This document shows, in pieces, positions 11,095 through 22,036 of a DNA stretch of 32,349 bases. The position numbers and the translations under genes were made by a program. The DNA is from Octopus bimaculoides (taxonomy: Eukaryota): NCBI RefSeq assembly GCF_001194135.2, contig NC_068982.1, positions 25,547,987 through 25,580,335 of the forward strand, written 5' to 3'. The stretch's first letter is position 1. The number at the start of each line of letters is the position of its first letter. The notes under the pieces are model-generated. The model was not told where the DNA came from and made no database searches. It worked only from the letters and a program-made list of their open reading frames with translations.

Positions 11095-11112
11095 GGTGTT
11101 GTTTTTCTCACA

Positions 11113-11235
<123 letters not shown>

Positions 11236-11457
11236 CAGAAATTAAAATGGCAAAATGACATAAGAGTAAGAAATTGTCATGAACTTCATTAGCTTACAGG
11301 TGTTTCTGCTTTAAGATGCAATTCACTCATCAAATTTTTATTTCACCATGGTAGCTATAGTGAATTTGCCTGTGAAGTTGAAATATGTCACGAGCATATT
11401 TTAATCCACCTAAAATTTTCTTATGCATAAACACTGCTTAAGGCTGATACTGCTGAA

Positions 11458-11625
11458 AAGACAGCAGACAGACAAACCGGTAGACAAGCAGGCAGAAGAC
11501 AGACAGACACAGACAGACACACACACAGACAGACAGACACACACAGACAGACAGACACACACAGACAGACAGACACACACAGACAGACAGACACACACAG
11601 ACAGACAGACACACACACACACATG

Positions 11626-11690
<65 letters not shown>
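11458..11690. repeat. Compound (GACA)n / 18-bp (gacagacagacacacaca)n / (GATA)n array
   Basis: Directly visible; the 18-mer gives DRQTHT repeats in the ORF track. Confidence 0.95.
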
Positions 11691-11691
<1 letters not shown>

Positions 11692-11799
11692 GGTATGGAA
11701 CATTCATATTCAGGACTTAGAATTTTAGTGCAGTTACTCCATATTGACTGCAATTCATAATTTTATAGATCAGCATAAATTTAAATCGCCTGACAAATA

Positions 11800-12204
11800 C
11801 CGTATATACTCGACAATAAAACGCCCTCGCCTATAAGACGCACACCCCCTCTTACAAGGTTCAAATCTGGAATTTTATCATTGATCCGACTATAAGTCGT
11901 GGCGAAATTTTTGATGCTGGACAGTAAAGTTCGATTAGGAATCGCGCCGACATAGTTGTTCAGTAACCGAGCTTTCAGTAAGCTGAAGATGACTGACAAC
12001 TACTGTTATCTCATTAAGTCCATGCATTTTAGAAACAATTGTTTATAACGTAAAATTTCATCCTTTTCGTTTATTCCAAGTGTCGGAACTTTAGAAGTGG
12101 CTTGTACCTAGAATATATATGAAGTTTTTTTATAAGATGCGCTTATAAGTCGCACCCCCAGCTTTAGGTGAAACTTTCAAGGAAAACGGTGTGAGTATAT
12201 ACAG
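11800..12204. mobile_element. Non-autonomous Tc2/pogo-like element (~405 bp)
   Basis: TA|ccgtatatactc at the left end and gagtatatacag|TG at the right end (11/12 inverted match). Subterminal ATAAG(A/T)CGCA direct repeats at 11833 and 12145 are typical of this group. Confidence 0.72.
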
Positions 12205-12691
12205 TGGTCAGTATTTAAAACTCCATTAGTGTTTCTGTATACCCAAATGTAAACCTTGAAGCAGACTCATTTTATCGTTTGAGATTCAATTAGAAAGCAA
12301 TTTGTTTATATAGTATTATACTACATCACCTCACGCACTATCATTTGACAATGAATGAATATTATATAGGAAAAACCTCATAAGGCAGTTGCAATGTCAA
12401 ATCTTCGTAACAAGGATAAAGCGTAAATACCTTACCTAATATAGGCATACGAATATTGGCTTTTTAGATAAATATGAATTAAATTTTGGCTGAACACAAT
12501 TCGGATTTTCCGTAATGACAACTTAGTTAAGGATCTTAGCTGAAAACGATATGAGCATCCGTCAGTTATTATTGCTCTCCTGTCGTTCTTCTCAATAGAA
12601 TCTCTGTGCCAAAACATGTTGATATTTTACTGGGTTAAGTATTGATCATACGGCTATAAGTCTTATGCTTTATTGACTTGGATAACAGTAA

Positions 12692-12912
12692 ATATTGATT
12701 TCCAATTCTGGTACAATGCCAGCACGTTCGGGTGCGGCGGTTAGTTGATTACAGCGACCCAATACTCAACTGATATTTATTTTATAGCCCCCTCCCCCTT
12801 AAAGGAGGATAAACAAGTCGACTCCGGCAGGATTTGAACGCAGAACAAAAAGACGGGCGAAATGCCGCTAAGCACTTTGCTCGGTGTGCCAACGATTCTG
12901 CCAGCTCACCAC
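12692..12912 (-). mobile_element. tRNA-derived SINE family B, full-length diverged copy
   Basis: The minus strand reads gtggtgagcTGGCAGAATCGTTGG...cttagcggcatttcg...gttctgcGTTCAAATcctgccggagtcgact... It has A/B-box motifs and aligns to 15047-15247. Confidence 0.85.
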
Positions 12913-13216
12913 TTTTTGACTTAAATAAATATTGGCACACAATAGCCTTAGTTATGCAGTTACATTGGAGATTCTAGTTATTATGCCAGGTCATTTACAT
13001 CAGTAGGAGCATTCTTAGTTGTTAATTTCGTTACGTTTACTAAGTTTAGAGGTGTTATGATAAGCTTAACTTCCTGTCAAGCTTTAAGGTAGTTGAATTT
13101 TCATATTTATACATATCTTTGTTATGTACGTGTGTAAGATTGTTTGTAAGACGGTGTATAAGACAATGTGTATGTGTGTGTATTTTGTTTTGTTAGATAT
13201 GCTTTATCTAACATGT

Positions 13217-13255
13217 AATCTGCTACAATCTGCTACAATCTGCAACAATCTGCTA
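13217..13255. repeat. 10-bp tandem repeat (aatctgctac) x3.9
   Basis: Directly visible, with one variant unit aatctgcaac. Confidence 0.95.
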
Positions 13256-14544
13256 TATGATCCGTTCGCCGAAAACTAATCCTGCTTCACCAACAAGGTT
13301 TCTCTGCGAAGAAGATAGAAACCCACATTGACAAATAGGAGAATTCCTGTTAAAGAAATGTAAGAACCCAATTTATGCTCAACGACTCTTCAGCCTGACT
13401 ATAGAAGCGTACGTCATAATGAACAATCATGCTTCAAGACCATATGAGAGTGACAGAAGCCTATTTCTTGTTAGTTTATCAGTCTATAATTATATTGTCA
13501 TGTAAAATACAGCGATCACTCGGCTTCTGGTTGTCCCAACCAATGTAGATTCACCGCCAGGAAAACTGTAGTATCCGAAAAGTAAGTGTTCACTTTAACC
13601 AATTTCACATACAGAAATTTATTGGAAATCACTCCATCAAAAAACTGGGCACCCATGAAGGTATATAGTGGAACAAACAGGCTTGATCAGCTGGCAGTAT
13701 ATAAATACAAACCAACACGTAAGTGGCTTGGGATATTAGTCGCTTCTCTTCCAAGTTTTCATGAAAGAGTCAGCTGCTCTAAACATGATTGAACTTGTAA
13801 CCTGTCAATCATGAAGAAACTGCAAAAGTAGACCTAAGTAAAGTTTATCTGATTCTGAAATTAGTAAATATCCCTTGCAGTGATCCGATGGAACTCATCA
13901 GGTTTCCAGAATAACAAAAATGTATGCAACTTTCTAAGAAATCAACAGCAACGCACGCACGCACTCACACACACAAATACATTCACACATACAAACCTAT
14001 ACACACACGCACGCACATATACGCTCTAAGGCATTCACTCATAAGCCACACATACCCACATGAGCGCAGTCAGACACAGATACATACTCATTGACATGTA
14101 TATATGTATGCGTGTGTTTGCGCACGCGGGGATTGTGTGTTGTGAATGTTTGTGTGCATGTGCACTTATAATTTCGCTTGCAATCAGTAACTTTGATTTA
14201 GACAATATCTTATGAATCAACCATGAAAGACATCACTGAAAATTACTAGTTAATGAAACTATTACGTGGTTGCAAATGATTATCAACTCTACTTCAATGA
14301 TAATGTCGATGAAGAAGTGAAATGAAACGTGCCATGAATGAAAACAGTGCATTATTTTAAGAAATCTGTCTATATCTCCATTACTGGCAATTAATTAATG
14401 TATTATGGATTTTAAAATGAAACAAATCAAAATATACAAACAAAAATGGTTGGAATATATTTTGGGTAAAAAAACACAGTAGTGATTATTATTTCAAATA
14501 TTGTCAGCAGGCCAGCTATTTTAAGGCTTAGGCTGTTAATAGAT

Positions 14545-14688
14545 AACGATGCTTATCTGATAATTTTTATTATTAGCCTCCGAAAGTGTAAAATGCTAAA
14601 TTGATTTCCGTGGCATTTCACCTCAAAATTAAAGAGCTAGAAGAAATACTGCTAAGCATTCTTTTCGATGCACTAACCTGTCCTCGCC
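14545..14688 (-). mobile_element. SINE family B, old degenerate copy
   Basis: cctccgaaag...tgctaaattgatttccgtggcatttcacctca...gaaatactgctaagcatt...ctcgcc is collinear with the reverse complement of 15047-15150. Confidence 0.6.
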
Positions 14689-14851
14689 GGCCTATGCTTT
14701 CTGATTTTGGCCCAGGTCAGCAATTTTGAGAGGAGACGAATAGTCGATTGTTGAACTGGGACATCATTTTATCGACGATCTATTGAATGCTTCACCGTTA
14801 GAAAGTAGGAGGCTCATGAATAAGAACTATCGTAGCGATTATTCTTTTTAA

Positions 14852-15046
14852 AATACAAACACACACAAACATACACACACACGCACACACACATATATAC
14901 ATACACACACACAGACGCGCGCAAACACAAACATACACACACACGCACACACATAAATACATAAATACATAAACACACAGACGCGCGCACGCATGCACAC
15001 ACACACATACAGACACGCACGCACACACACACACATACAGACACGC
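14852..15046. repeat. Complex (CA)n-rich array with an internal ~60-bp duplication
   Basis: caaacatacacacacacgcacacac...cacacagacgcgcgca occurs twice (~14864-14921 and ~14927-14988). Confidence 0.85.
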
Positions 15047-15247
15047 CGGGCGAAATGCTTAGCGGTATTTCGTCTGCCGCTACGTTCTGAGTTCAAATTC
15101 CGCCGAGGTCGACTTTGCCTTTCATCCTTTCGGGGTCGATTAAATAAGTACCAGTTACGCACTGGGGTCGATATAATCGACTTAATCCGTTTGTCTGTCT
15201 TTGTTTGTCCCCTCTGTGCGTAGCCCCTTGTGGGTAGTGAAGAAATA
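15047..15247 (+). mobile_element. SINE family B, young, slightly 5'-truncated
   Basis: cgggcgaaatgcttagcggtatttcgtctgccgctacgttctgaGTTCAAATtccgccgaggtcgactttgcctttcatcctttcggggtcgat... It is flanked by a 16-bp near-duplicate (acacat[a/g]cagacacgc) at 15031-15046 and 15248-15263. Confidence 0.9.
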
Positions 15248-15652
15248 ACACATGCAGACACGCACGCACGTACACATATATATATATACAGTCCTTTAGC
15301 CGTGTATCAGAAGCAAACACTGGAAGCTAGAAGAAGGAGTTGATACGTAATAACAAGATATAAAGTCTGAAAGCAGTGTTCATTCTAAATTAATATCTCT
15401 TTGGTATGCATGGACATCCCCTTTAATATATCCATACTTTTTTCTGATGGTTCATTTTCTTTGTGTCTCCGTTTCTTGATCTAAAGACTAAATCCTTTAT
15501 TTCGGAAGTTTGACGATGATATAAACTGATCGCTTATTATTTGAATTACCCTGAAGATATCCTCGGTGACTTGTGTTATTCATCCTACATAGAGAAAAGA
15601 AGAGAAAAGGTTCGTTAAACATATGTTGTCCCTATTCTAGTTTCTGCATTAC

Positions 15653-15852
15653 CCTCATCCGAACAGCCATGGATACTTGTGTGTAGCTCAGCCCCGAAGA
15701 TCTGTTGCTTCCCAGACTTGAAATCATTATTTCGGAGAATGACCAGAAATCTGCCGAGTTCTTTCATCCATTTCTTAAACATAACACTGCGACTAGTATT
15801 CCGCAGCTCAAGTATTTTTGCACTCGCTGTTTGCATTGTTTCCAATACAACA
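15653..15852 (-). CDS. Candidate internal coding exon of an unidentified gene (66 codons)
   Basis: cttctatatgcag| and G|gtaatg boundaries. The single open frame reads VVLETMQTASAKILELRNTSRSVMFKKWMKELGRFLVILRNNDFKSGKQQIFGAELHTSIHGCSDE. No family recognised, and two plus-strand frames are also open over most of this stretch. Confidence 0.3.
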
Positions 15853-15875
15853 CTGCATATAGAAGCCCTCTTACA

Positions 15876-15901
15876 AGTAGTAGTAGTAGTAGTAGTAGTA
15901 A

Positions 15902-15947
<46 letters not shown>

Positions 15948-16023
15948 TGCTGTTGTTGTTGTTGTGGTGGTGGTGGCGGTAGTAGCAGCAGCTGCAGCAG
16001 CAGCAGCAGCAGCAGTAGTAGTG

Positions 16024-16089
<66 letters not shown>

Positions 16090-16127
16090 TTTGCTGTTGT
16101 GCTGCTGTTGCAGTTGTTGATGTATGT
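15876..16127. repeat. Compound trinucleotide array (GTA)/(GTT)/(GTG)/(GCA)/(GTA)
   Basis: Directly visible. Confidence 0.97.
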
Positions 16128-16561
16128 AACGCAAAGAGGCTTCAGTTAACACAGAATTTTCCAATATTTCGCTATAATGCGCGAGATATTTCGAGGTCAT
16201 AAAGCTTACATTCAGACAATTCGAATATCACGTACATGTGAGCTAGCATTTCTAGATATCTACATACGGACATAAGTGTAACTTATTTGTACTTGTGAGA
16301 GTGCAAGTGTTTCTGTGTTTGAGTCTGTGTGTGTGTGTGTGTGTGTGACTCGGTTTGTATAAGTGTGTGCCGGTGTGTGTTTCTGTGTTTGAGTATCTAC
16401 GTGAGTCTGTGCGCTTGTGTATATATGTGTCTGTATGTGCGTGTCTTCGAATGTCTTCAGATTGATATCCACAAGAATGTTTTATTTCCTTCTTATCTGC
16501 TGTTAACATCATATTCTTAAGAGTCTCTTCTCTGTCTCAAGTTTCTGTCCATCGATGAAAA

Positions 16562-16685
16562 TTTACTACTAATACTACCACTACCTGCTGCTGCTTTTAC
16601 TACTATTAATACTACTACTACCATTAATAAGAACAACAGCAATAACAATAACAACAACAGCAATAATATCAATAACAATAATAAC

Positions 16686-16742
<57 letters not shown>
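16562..16742. repeat. Compound trinucleotide array (TAC)/(CAA)/(TAA)n
   Basis: Directly visible. Confidence 0.95.
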
Positions 16743-16744
<2 letters not shown>

Positions 16745-18044
16745 TTACTGATGTGGGTTGTATTAATAGTGATGATGTATATGGTCACTTTATCGCTCTC
16801 ATACGCGGTTATAAATTCACTCTGCATACTTTCACCCACGAACTCTATCACATAGCTAAGAATATACAAATATATATACATAACAAATGTATGTATATAT
16901 ACATGTGTGTGTGGGTGTGTGTGTGTGCATTTATATGTGTGTGTGGAAGTACGTGCATTTGTCTGAATGAGTATGGGTTTATAAGAGTGCAGACTTCTAG
17001 AAGCAATTGTATATTTGCAATAAGAACTGTCATTACATTCGTTTTTTTTTTCTCTCAAGTGATGCATGCAAACGCATTGTTCGTGCGAACATATATTGCT
17101 TAAATTACTGTAAAAATAAATATATTTGTCCAGTGTAGTGTCGGTGTATTTACATAAATATGGTGTACACATTACGTTTATGTTTATGTATGCATGTGTA
17201 CCAATAGTCGTGATGAAACTGGGCAAGATTTCTTCCCCATCGTTCTGGACAGTATTTCTACATTTATCATAGAAAAATTTTTTTTATGTGATGTACTGTT
17301 TTCGATTATTTTATGTGCAAGCAATTCAATTTCTATGTAACTTTGTTTCTTCAACAATCTTTCCCCAATCACAAAGGAGACCAAAATACTCCGAAGTTTC
17401 CATTTCGTAGTTGGAAAAAGTAAAGGAAACATTAGTCATAAATAATTGTTAATTTCTCTTTACCATATAATTATTTCTGGTTAGCTTTTTATTGGTCCTT
17501 CTATTAAAAGTTTTAAAGCTAACGTTATTATATAAGCTTAAACAGCTATTGGTTGGATAACATACGTTCATATTCTGGTTGTTTGTTTCTGTTATAGTCA
17601 TTAAAAATAATACATCACTCGCTTCACTAACTGAAATTCGAAACTGAGTAAGACACACAAATTTTCTTGCCCGTCCATATATTTCTTTACATTGGCTTAT
17701 TAAAAATCAGAATGTATTCTGCGCAAGAAAGGTCTTGGCGTTATCGCTTTATATTTATTTCGAACGGTGAGATTTTTTTCCCCTCTTTTATCAGATATGA
17801 TAAACAGTATTATAAGATTGAGACGTTGTAAGCACTTACAATAATGTGAAAAACATGTATACACCTGCTGCAAGTAAATTGGAAGAAGTAATGGAGGATT
17901 TCAATGATTAATGGTGAAAAGTTATAATCATCATAACAGCTGGTTTCAAAATGATTCTTTCTCAGTAGGAGAAATTTCTTCAATAACCCATTAGAATAAT
18001 AAGTTTTTGCAATATGTGCTCAAGGCCTTACATTTGTGTGTGAG

Positions 18045-18138
18045 GGGCTGATTATATCAATTTCAGTCCTTGACAGGTATTTTATTTAATCGACTCCGGA
18101 CAAATGAAAGACAAATTTGATCTCACCAGGATTTGAAT
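18045..18138 (-). mobile_element. SINE family B, partial degenerate copy
   Basis: ggtatttatttaatcgactccggacaaatgaaagacaaatttgatctc...ggatttgaa resembles the reverse complement of 15090-15155. Confidence 0.6.
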
Positions 18139-18844
18139 AATGTTAAGTTAGTCTTGTTTGCTGTGAATTAACCCAACTTAGGTCTGAAATAACAATGATG
18201 AAAAGCTTTTCGCAAATGACATTCACCACCCACAGTATCAGATACAATATTCCAACATTTAAATGCTCATAAATGTTTTTGAATGAATTTGAAATTTAAC
18301 TACTGTCACATCAATCCATTATATTACTGTTCATAATCGACGTGGTTTTTGATATTCAGATTACACAATCTATACATTCTTCAGAATCTCTCAAGTTTCT
18401 AGGTGTAAATATAATTGCTTATTTAACATAATAAATACCATTGCGCTTATGCATCTCACGTTCGTTGAAATCTTATGCCATCAAATAAAACGTTCGGTGA
18501 AAAGAGAGTACTCATATTCTATTATGTCGATCATATATAATTTTCAGGAACACACCAAGTTTTACACACCATGTGTTTTGGAAACTTTGATACGAAATAA
18601 ATCTGTGACATTTGATATTTATTTCAACTTTAGATGCTCATAAAATATAATTTAGATAAAAGGCAATTTAATTTACAGTAATTCTATACCACCATCGATT
18701 ACATTGTGGAACATGTTTTTAACTTTGGCACTGGTTTTTACTTAATTTGGGTGTGCTGAACACAAATCTGAAGTCATATTTTCCAAACTGTTTGCAATTC
18801 AAGTATTTTATACTTTGTGAAATTTTGATAACTTTTGCATAAAT

Positions 18845-20134
18845 CCATTCTCATTCATCTTTCCGACAAATTTTCTATAATATACAAGGACATAAATTTG
18901 AGGTCCATCAAATACGACCACTTTGATTTTTCTCGAAAGACAAAGACAAAAATATTCGCTATCAGTACTCAGTGCTTCGACAAGCCAGGATAAAGATTGA
19001 ATGAATGGTGTGGGGAATTAACTTCTTTCAACTGACGATTGGGTCATTCACAATGTTTGACTTGCCAACTTTCATAGTTGCTCGGATGGGCCTTTCATTC
19101 TGAGTCCAGAGTTTGTCTCGAGTGTGATTGTCCCACATGCATAGATATCATAGAAACTTAGTGAAACCTTTTTTCCACCCGAGAAGGCATTTGATCAGTT
19201 TCAAATAAATGATCTAGTTGTGCTTGTCATATTTGAGTTCGTCAAATAACTATTTATATGTCGTCATGGATTTCTCGCAGATGCACCAAGTATACAACTG
19301 GAACAGCGTCAAATGCTTTGCCATTATGTAAGAAGACACACTTGATGCTGCACTTAGAACAATCAAAAACAAAATCCATTTTGTAGGGTGTAGTACGTAT
19401 CGTATAACTGTTTGAGAAGGCCTGGGATATTGTGACAATAAATAAATTGCTTGCCTTCTGAAAAAGAAGTTTATAAAAATTTGCTCCCATATTCTGAAAT
19501 ATATGACTTTAGCAGAACTTTTAAAACTTTTTCATTTATCCTGGAGGCTAATATCTGCGCTGCTTTCTTAGAAAGTGCCATATCACATTCAGTTCCGCAT
19601 CTAAAGGGACGAGGGGCTGATGATTGTTTGACATTAGATAAGAAGTATTCGGAATCTGAAACCGTTTCTTCAAACCTCTGATGAGATTTGCAGCTTTCAC
19701 CTTCATTGGAGGTATGACCATAAAAAACTGGAACTGGGAGTACCTCAGAAGGGGGAGTAGGTCGACTTAGAGAAGGAATGCTTCTATAGGATGTTTTATA
19801 CCGGTTTTCTGTGTCAATAAATTTAATGTTACCCAAGCAAAAATAGCAGTCTGTTATGTAATTCTTTGGTCTTTGCCAAACGATAGGGACTCCAAAACAT
19901 AAACCTTTTCGTTAATCTCTTGTCTAGTAACGAAGACTTCCCTCGCAGTAATGTCGCACTATATATGAAGATCACTTTTACTATTCCTCATCAGGTTGAA
20001 CGTCAAAATAACCTTATAGATACGTCTCACAAACTTTGTTACATTCTGCCTTTGACGAACAAGTATGTAGCTGTCACATACGTGAGAAATGCATTGGTAT
20101 CATCTATACATTTATGTCTACTTGAAGAAGCCAT
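18845..20134 (-). pseudogene. Chapaev3-like transposase pseudogene (C-terminus deleted)
   Basis: MASSSRHKCIDDTNAF...TKFVRRIY...FGVPIVWQRPKNYITDCYFC (Cys/His-rich Chapa-like region)...LSKKAAQILASRINEK...DCSKCSIKCVFLHNG...HLRE...GFTKF..YLCMWD...FDGPQI. These motifs match recalled Chapaev3 transposases. Many stops and frameshifts. Confidence 0.82.
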
Positions 20135-20168
20135 ATATATAGGGCGGGTAAAATATCCTAGATCCATA

Positions 20169-20531
20169 GACGAGTTCTCTCCAACGGTCTTTGTCCCTCA
20201 TCATCGCTGCCATGTCCTATGTCTCCCAGAGACCAGTGTCTGTCCTTAGGGTATCAACATATGTCATCCTCGGTCTCCCCCTACTAGTGTCTCTGTGAAT
20301 GGACTCCCAGAGGAGCACTGAGTGCAGTATCAACTCAGAATGACAGTGAGCATGTCCAGCTAACCTCAGTCTCCTCTGTGTTATTTTCGAACTGACTATT
20401 GCGAGGCTCTCTTACAGCTCTGAGTTCTTCCTACTCAGTGTATTCTGATTAATGTTCAGGTAGCACACATCCGCCATCTAGGTTAGTTTCTTAGTCAGTG
20501 TCCAAGTCTCAGATCCGTACAACAGCATAGA
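20169..20531 (-). mobile_element. RTE-clade LINE 3' fragment (post-RT C-terminal region)
   Basis: SMLLYGSETWTLTKKL...NSEL*...ITQRRLRLAGH...LLWE...RGRPRMTYVDTLRTDTGL...MRDKDRWRELV carries the canonical RTE LLYGSETW, RRLRLAGH, RGRP and DR..WR motifs. Confidence 0.9.
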
Positions 20532-20660
20532 CGGGGGAGAGGAAGACGAATGTGGAGGTGATGAAGGAAGAACTCTGTACCGCTTACAGTGAGGCCAGAG
20601 AAGAGGCACTGATGAAGAAGATCAACCGTTGCAAGATCCACATACAAGCCACGAAGAGCT
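20532..20660 (+). mobile_element. Inverted RTE segment, probably the endonuclease-RT linker
   Basis: The plus frame reads GERKTNVEVMKEELCTAYSEAREEALMKKI, resembling the recalled RTE linker (K.EL..AY...EE.L..KI). It joins directly to the minus-strand piece at 20531. Confidence 0.55.
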
Positions 20661-21599
20661 TTAGATAAATCAAATAAACTTCAAAAACTCCTAAATTGGA
20701 ATTTGCTAAATCATTCCATTTGAGCATGCGCCTGAAAATATTGAAGTCATCCATGGGGGAAAAATTTGTATCAGTTATGTCAGTTGTCTCACTTGTACAA
20801 TTTTAAAAATTATGGATATGTTTGTGTACGAATATGTCTTTGCTAGCATGGTCTTTTTACTTTTACTGGTTTTATGGATTTAATTCAAGTTGCACGATGT
20901 AATTTAGATCTAATTCTGAACTGGAATTTCAACCTGAAATTAACGAATCTGGAATATCTATCCTGATCATAGAGTTTGCATTTCTGTGAACAATATACTG
21001 ATCGGGAGTCAAGCGGCAATCCCATAGGTACTTTTGAATATTTATTAGACATGTTTCCACTATCTTTAACACATTGAACTAGTTTAATTGTGATTGATTA
21101 ATAGGCGACAACAGCTGACAAAGCAATGTAGCAAACGCTGTTTTCTCTGTACTTTATTTGTGAAACCCACCACATAAATATTTAATATCTATCTGGAAGG
21201 TATATGCTTGAGAAATACGGGGGAAAACACTATTAATACATACAAAATGTACACCATTAGAGAGAATGGTGCTTAGAAACAAGCTATAAAGGTTATTGAA
21301 GATTTGTATCTATATATCTGAAACATGCAATATTTGCTAACCATGATTCACTCACCCAGATATAAGTATTAGTGTAAGAATAATCGTTGGAGACACATAC
21401 ACGTTCTTAACAAAAATGTAGAATATCCGAACATCTTAGAATACATTTGGTATTATTGGATTTCCATAGTTCGAGCGGTTTTCATGCTATTACATAAGCT
21501 GCAACAGACTCCACACTGCATACTAGAGTGACAACAACAGTCTTCTAAACTACTATCTCTCCTAACCAAACCTGACAGAATATAACAAAGATGTAGAAC

Positions 21600-21760
21600 A
21601 GCTTCAGTCGCCTCTAACGATATATTGGATTACAGATCACTAGTACAAACATCAGAGGAAGAAAGTGAGTTGCACTTACCCATCTTCTTCGTGATTGTCA
21701 CTCGAAATGACAACCATACAGAAACAACCAGAACAGTCAAGAGAGAACAGAACTGCATAG
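21600..21760 (+). mobile_element. Possible very old Penelope-type RT remnant
   Basis: TSEEESELHLPIFFVIVTRNDNHTET resembles PLE T.EEE....LPFLDV.VTR, but the FLD core is not preserved. Confidence 0.25.
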
Positions 21761-21968
21761 GATGCCAGTAAGAACTGTATGTAACAATGAGCAATATGGG
21801 CTCTGGGCACCTTCATTTTGGCCTTCCATGGTACCTTCACTGAGTGGTTGGGATACTACAAGTGCATTGAAGTCAGAGAATTCCACTTTGAAGATAAGAG
21901 TTTTGTACGTATTTGAAATTAATTAATGACTCTCCTAAGAAGTCTACAAACTTCCAGAATACAGATTC

Positions 21969-21977
21969 TGTGTGTGT

Positions 21978-22036
<59 letters not shown>

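Larger units (their letters stand above)
18702..21064 (-). mobile_element. Chapaev3-type (CMC) DNA transposon, internally deleted, with nested LINE
   Basis: Contains the transposase remnant below. Candidate termini are TTA|cattgtggaacatgt at 18702 and acatgtttccactatc at ~21049-21064 (degenerate inverted match). The right boundary is tentative. Confidence 0.7.

Noticed and set aside
12432-12617. Minus-strand ORF with vague HTH-like words (DRRAII, LSLRKI)
   Set aside because: No TIR or catalytic motifs; similarity is too weak.
13270-13720. Possible Tc1 N-terminus (ILLHQQGFSAKKI...SGCP)
   Set aside because: Only a few residues match; no DDE region or TIRs were found.
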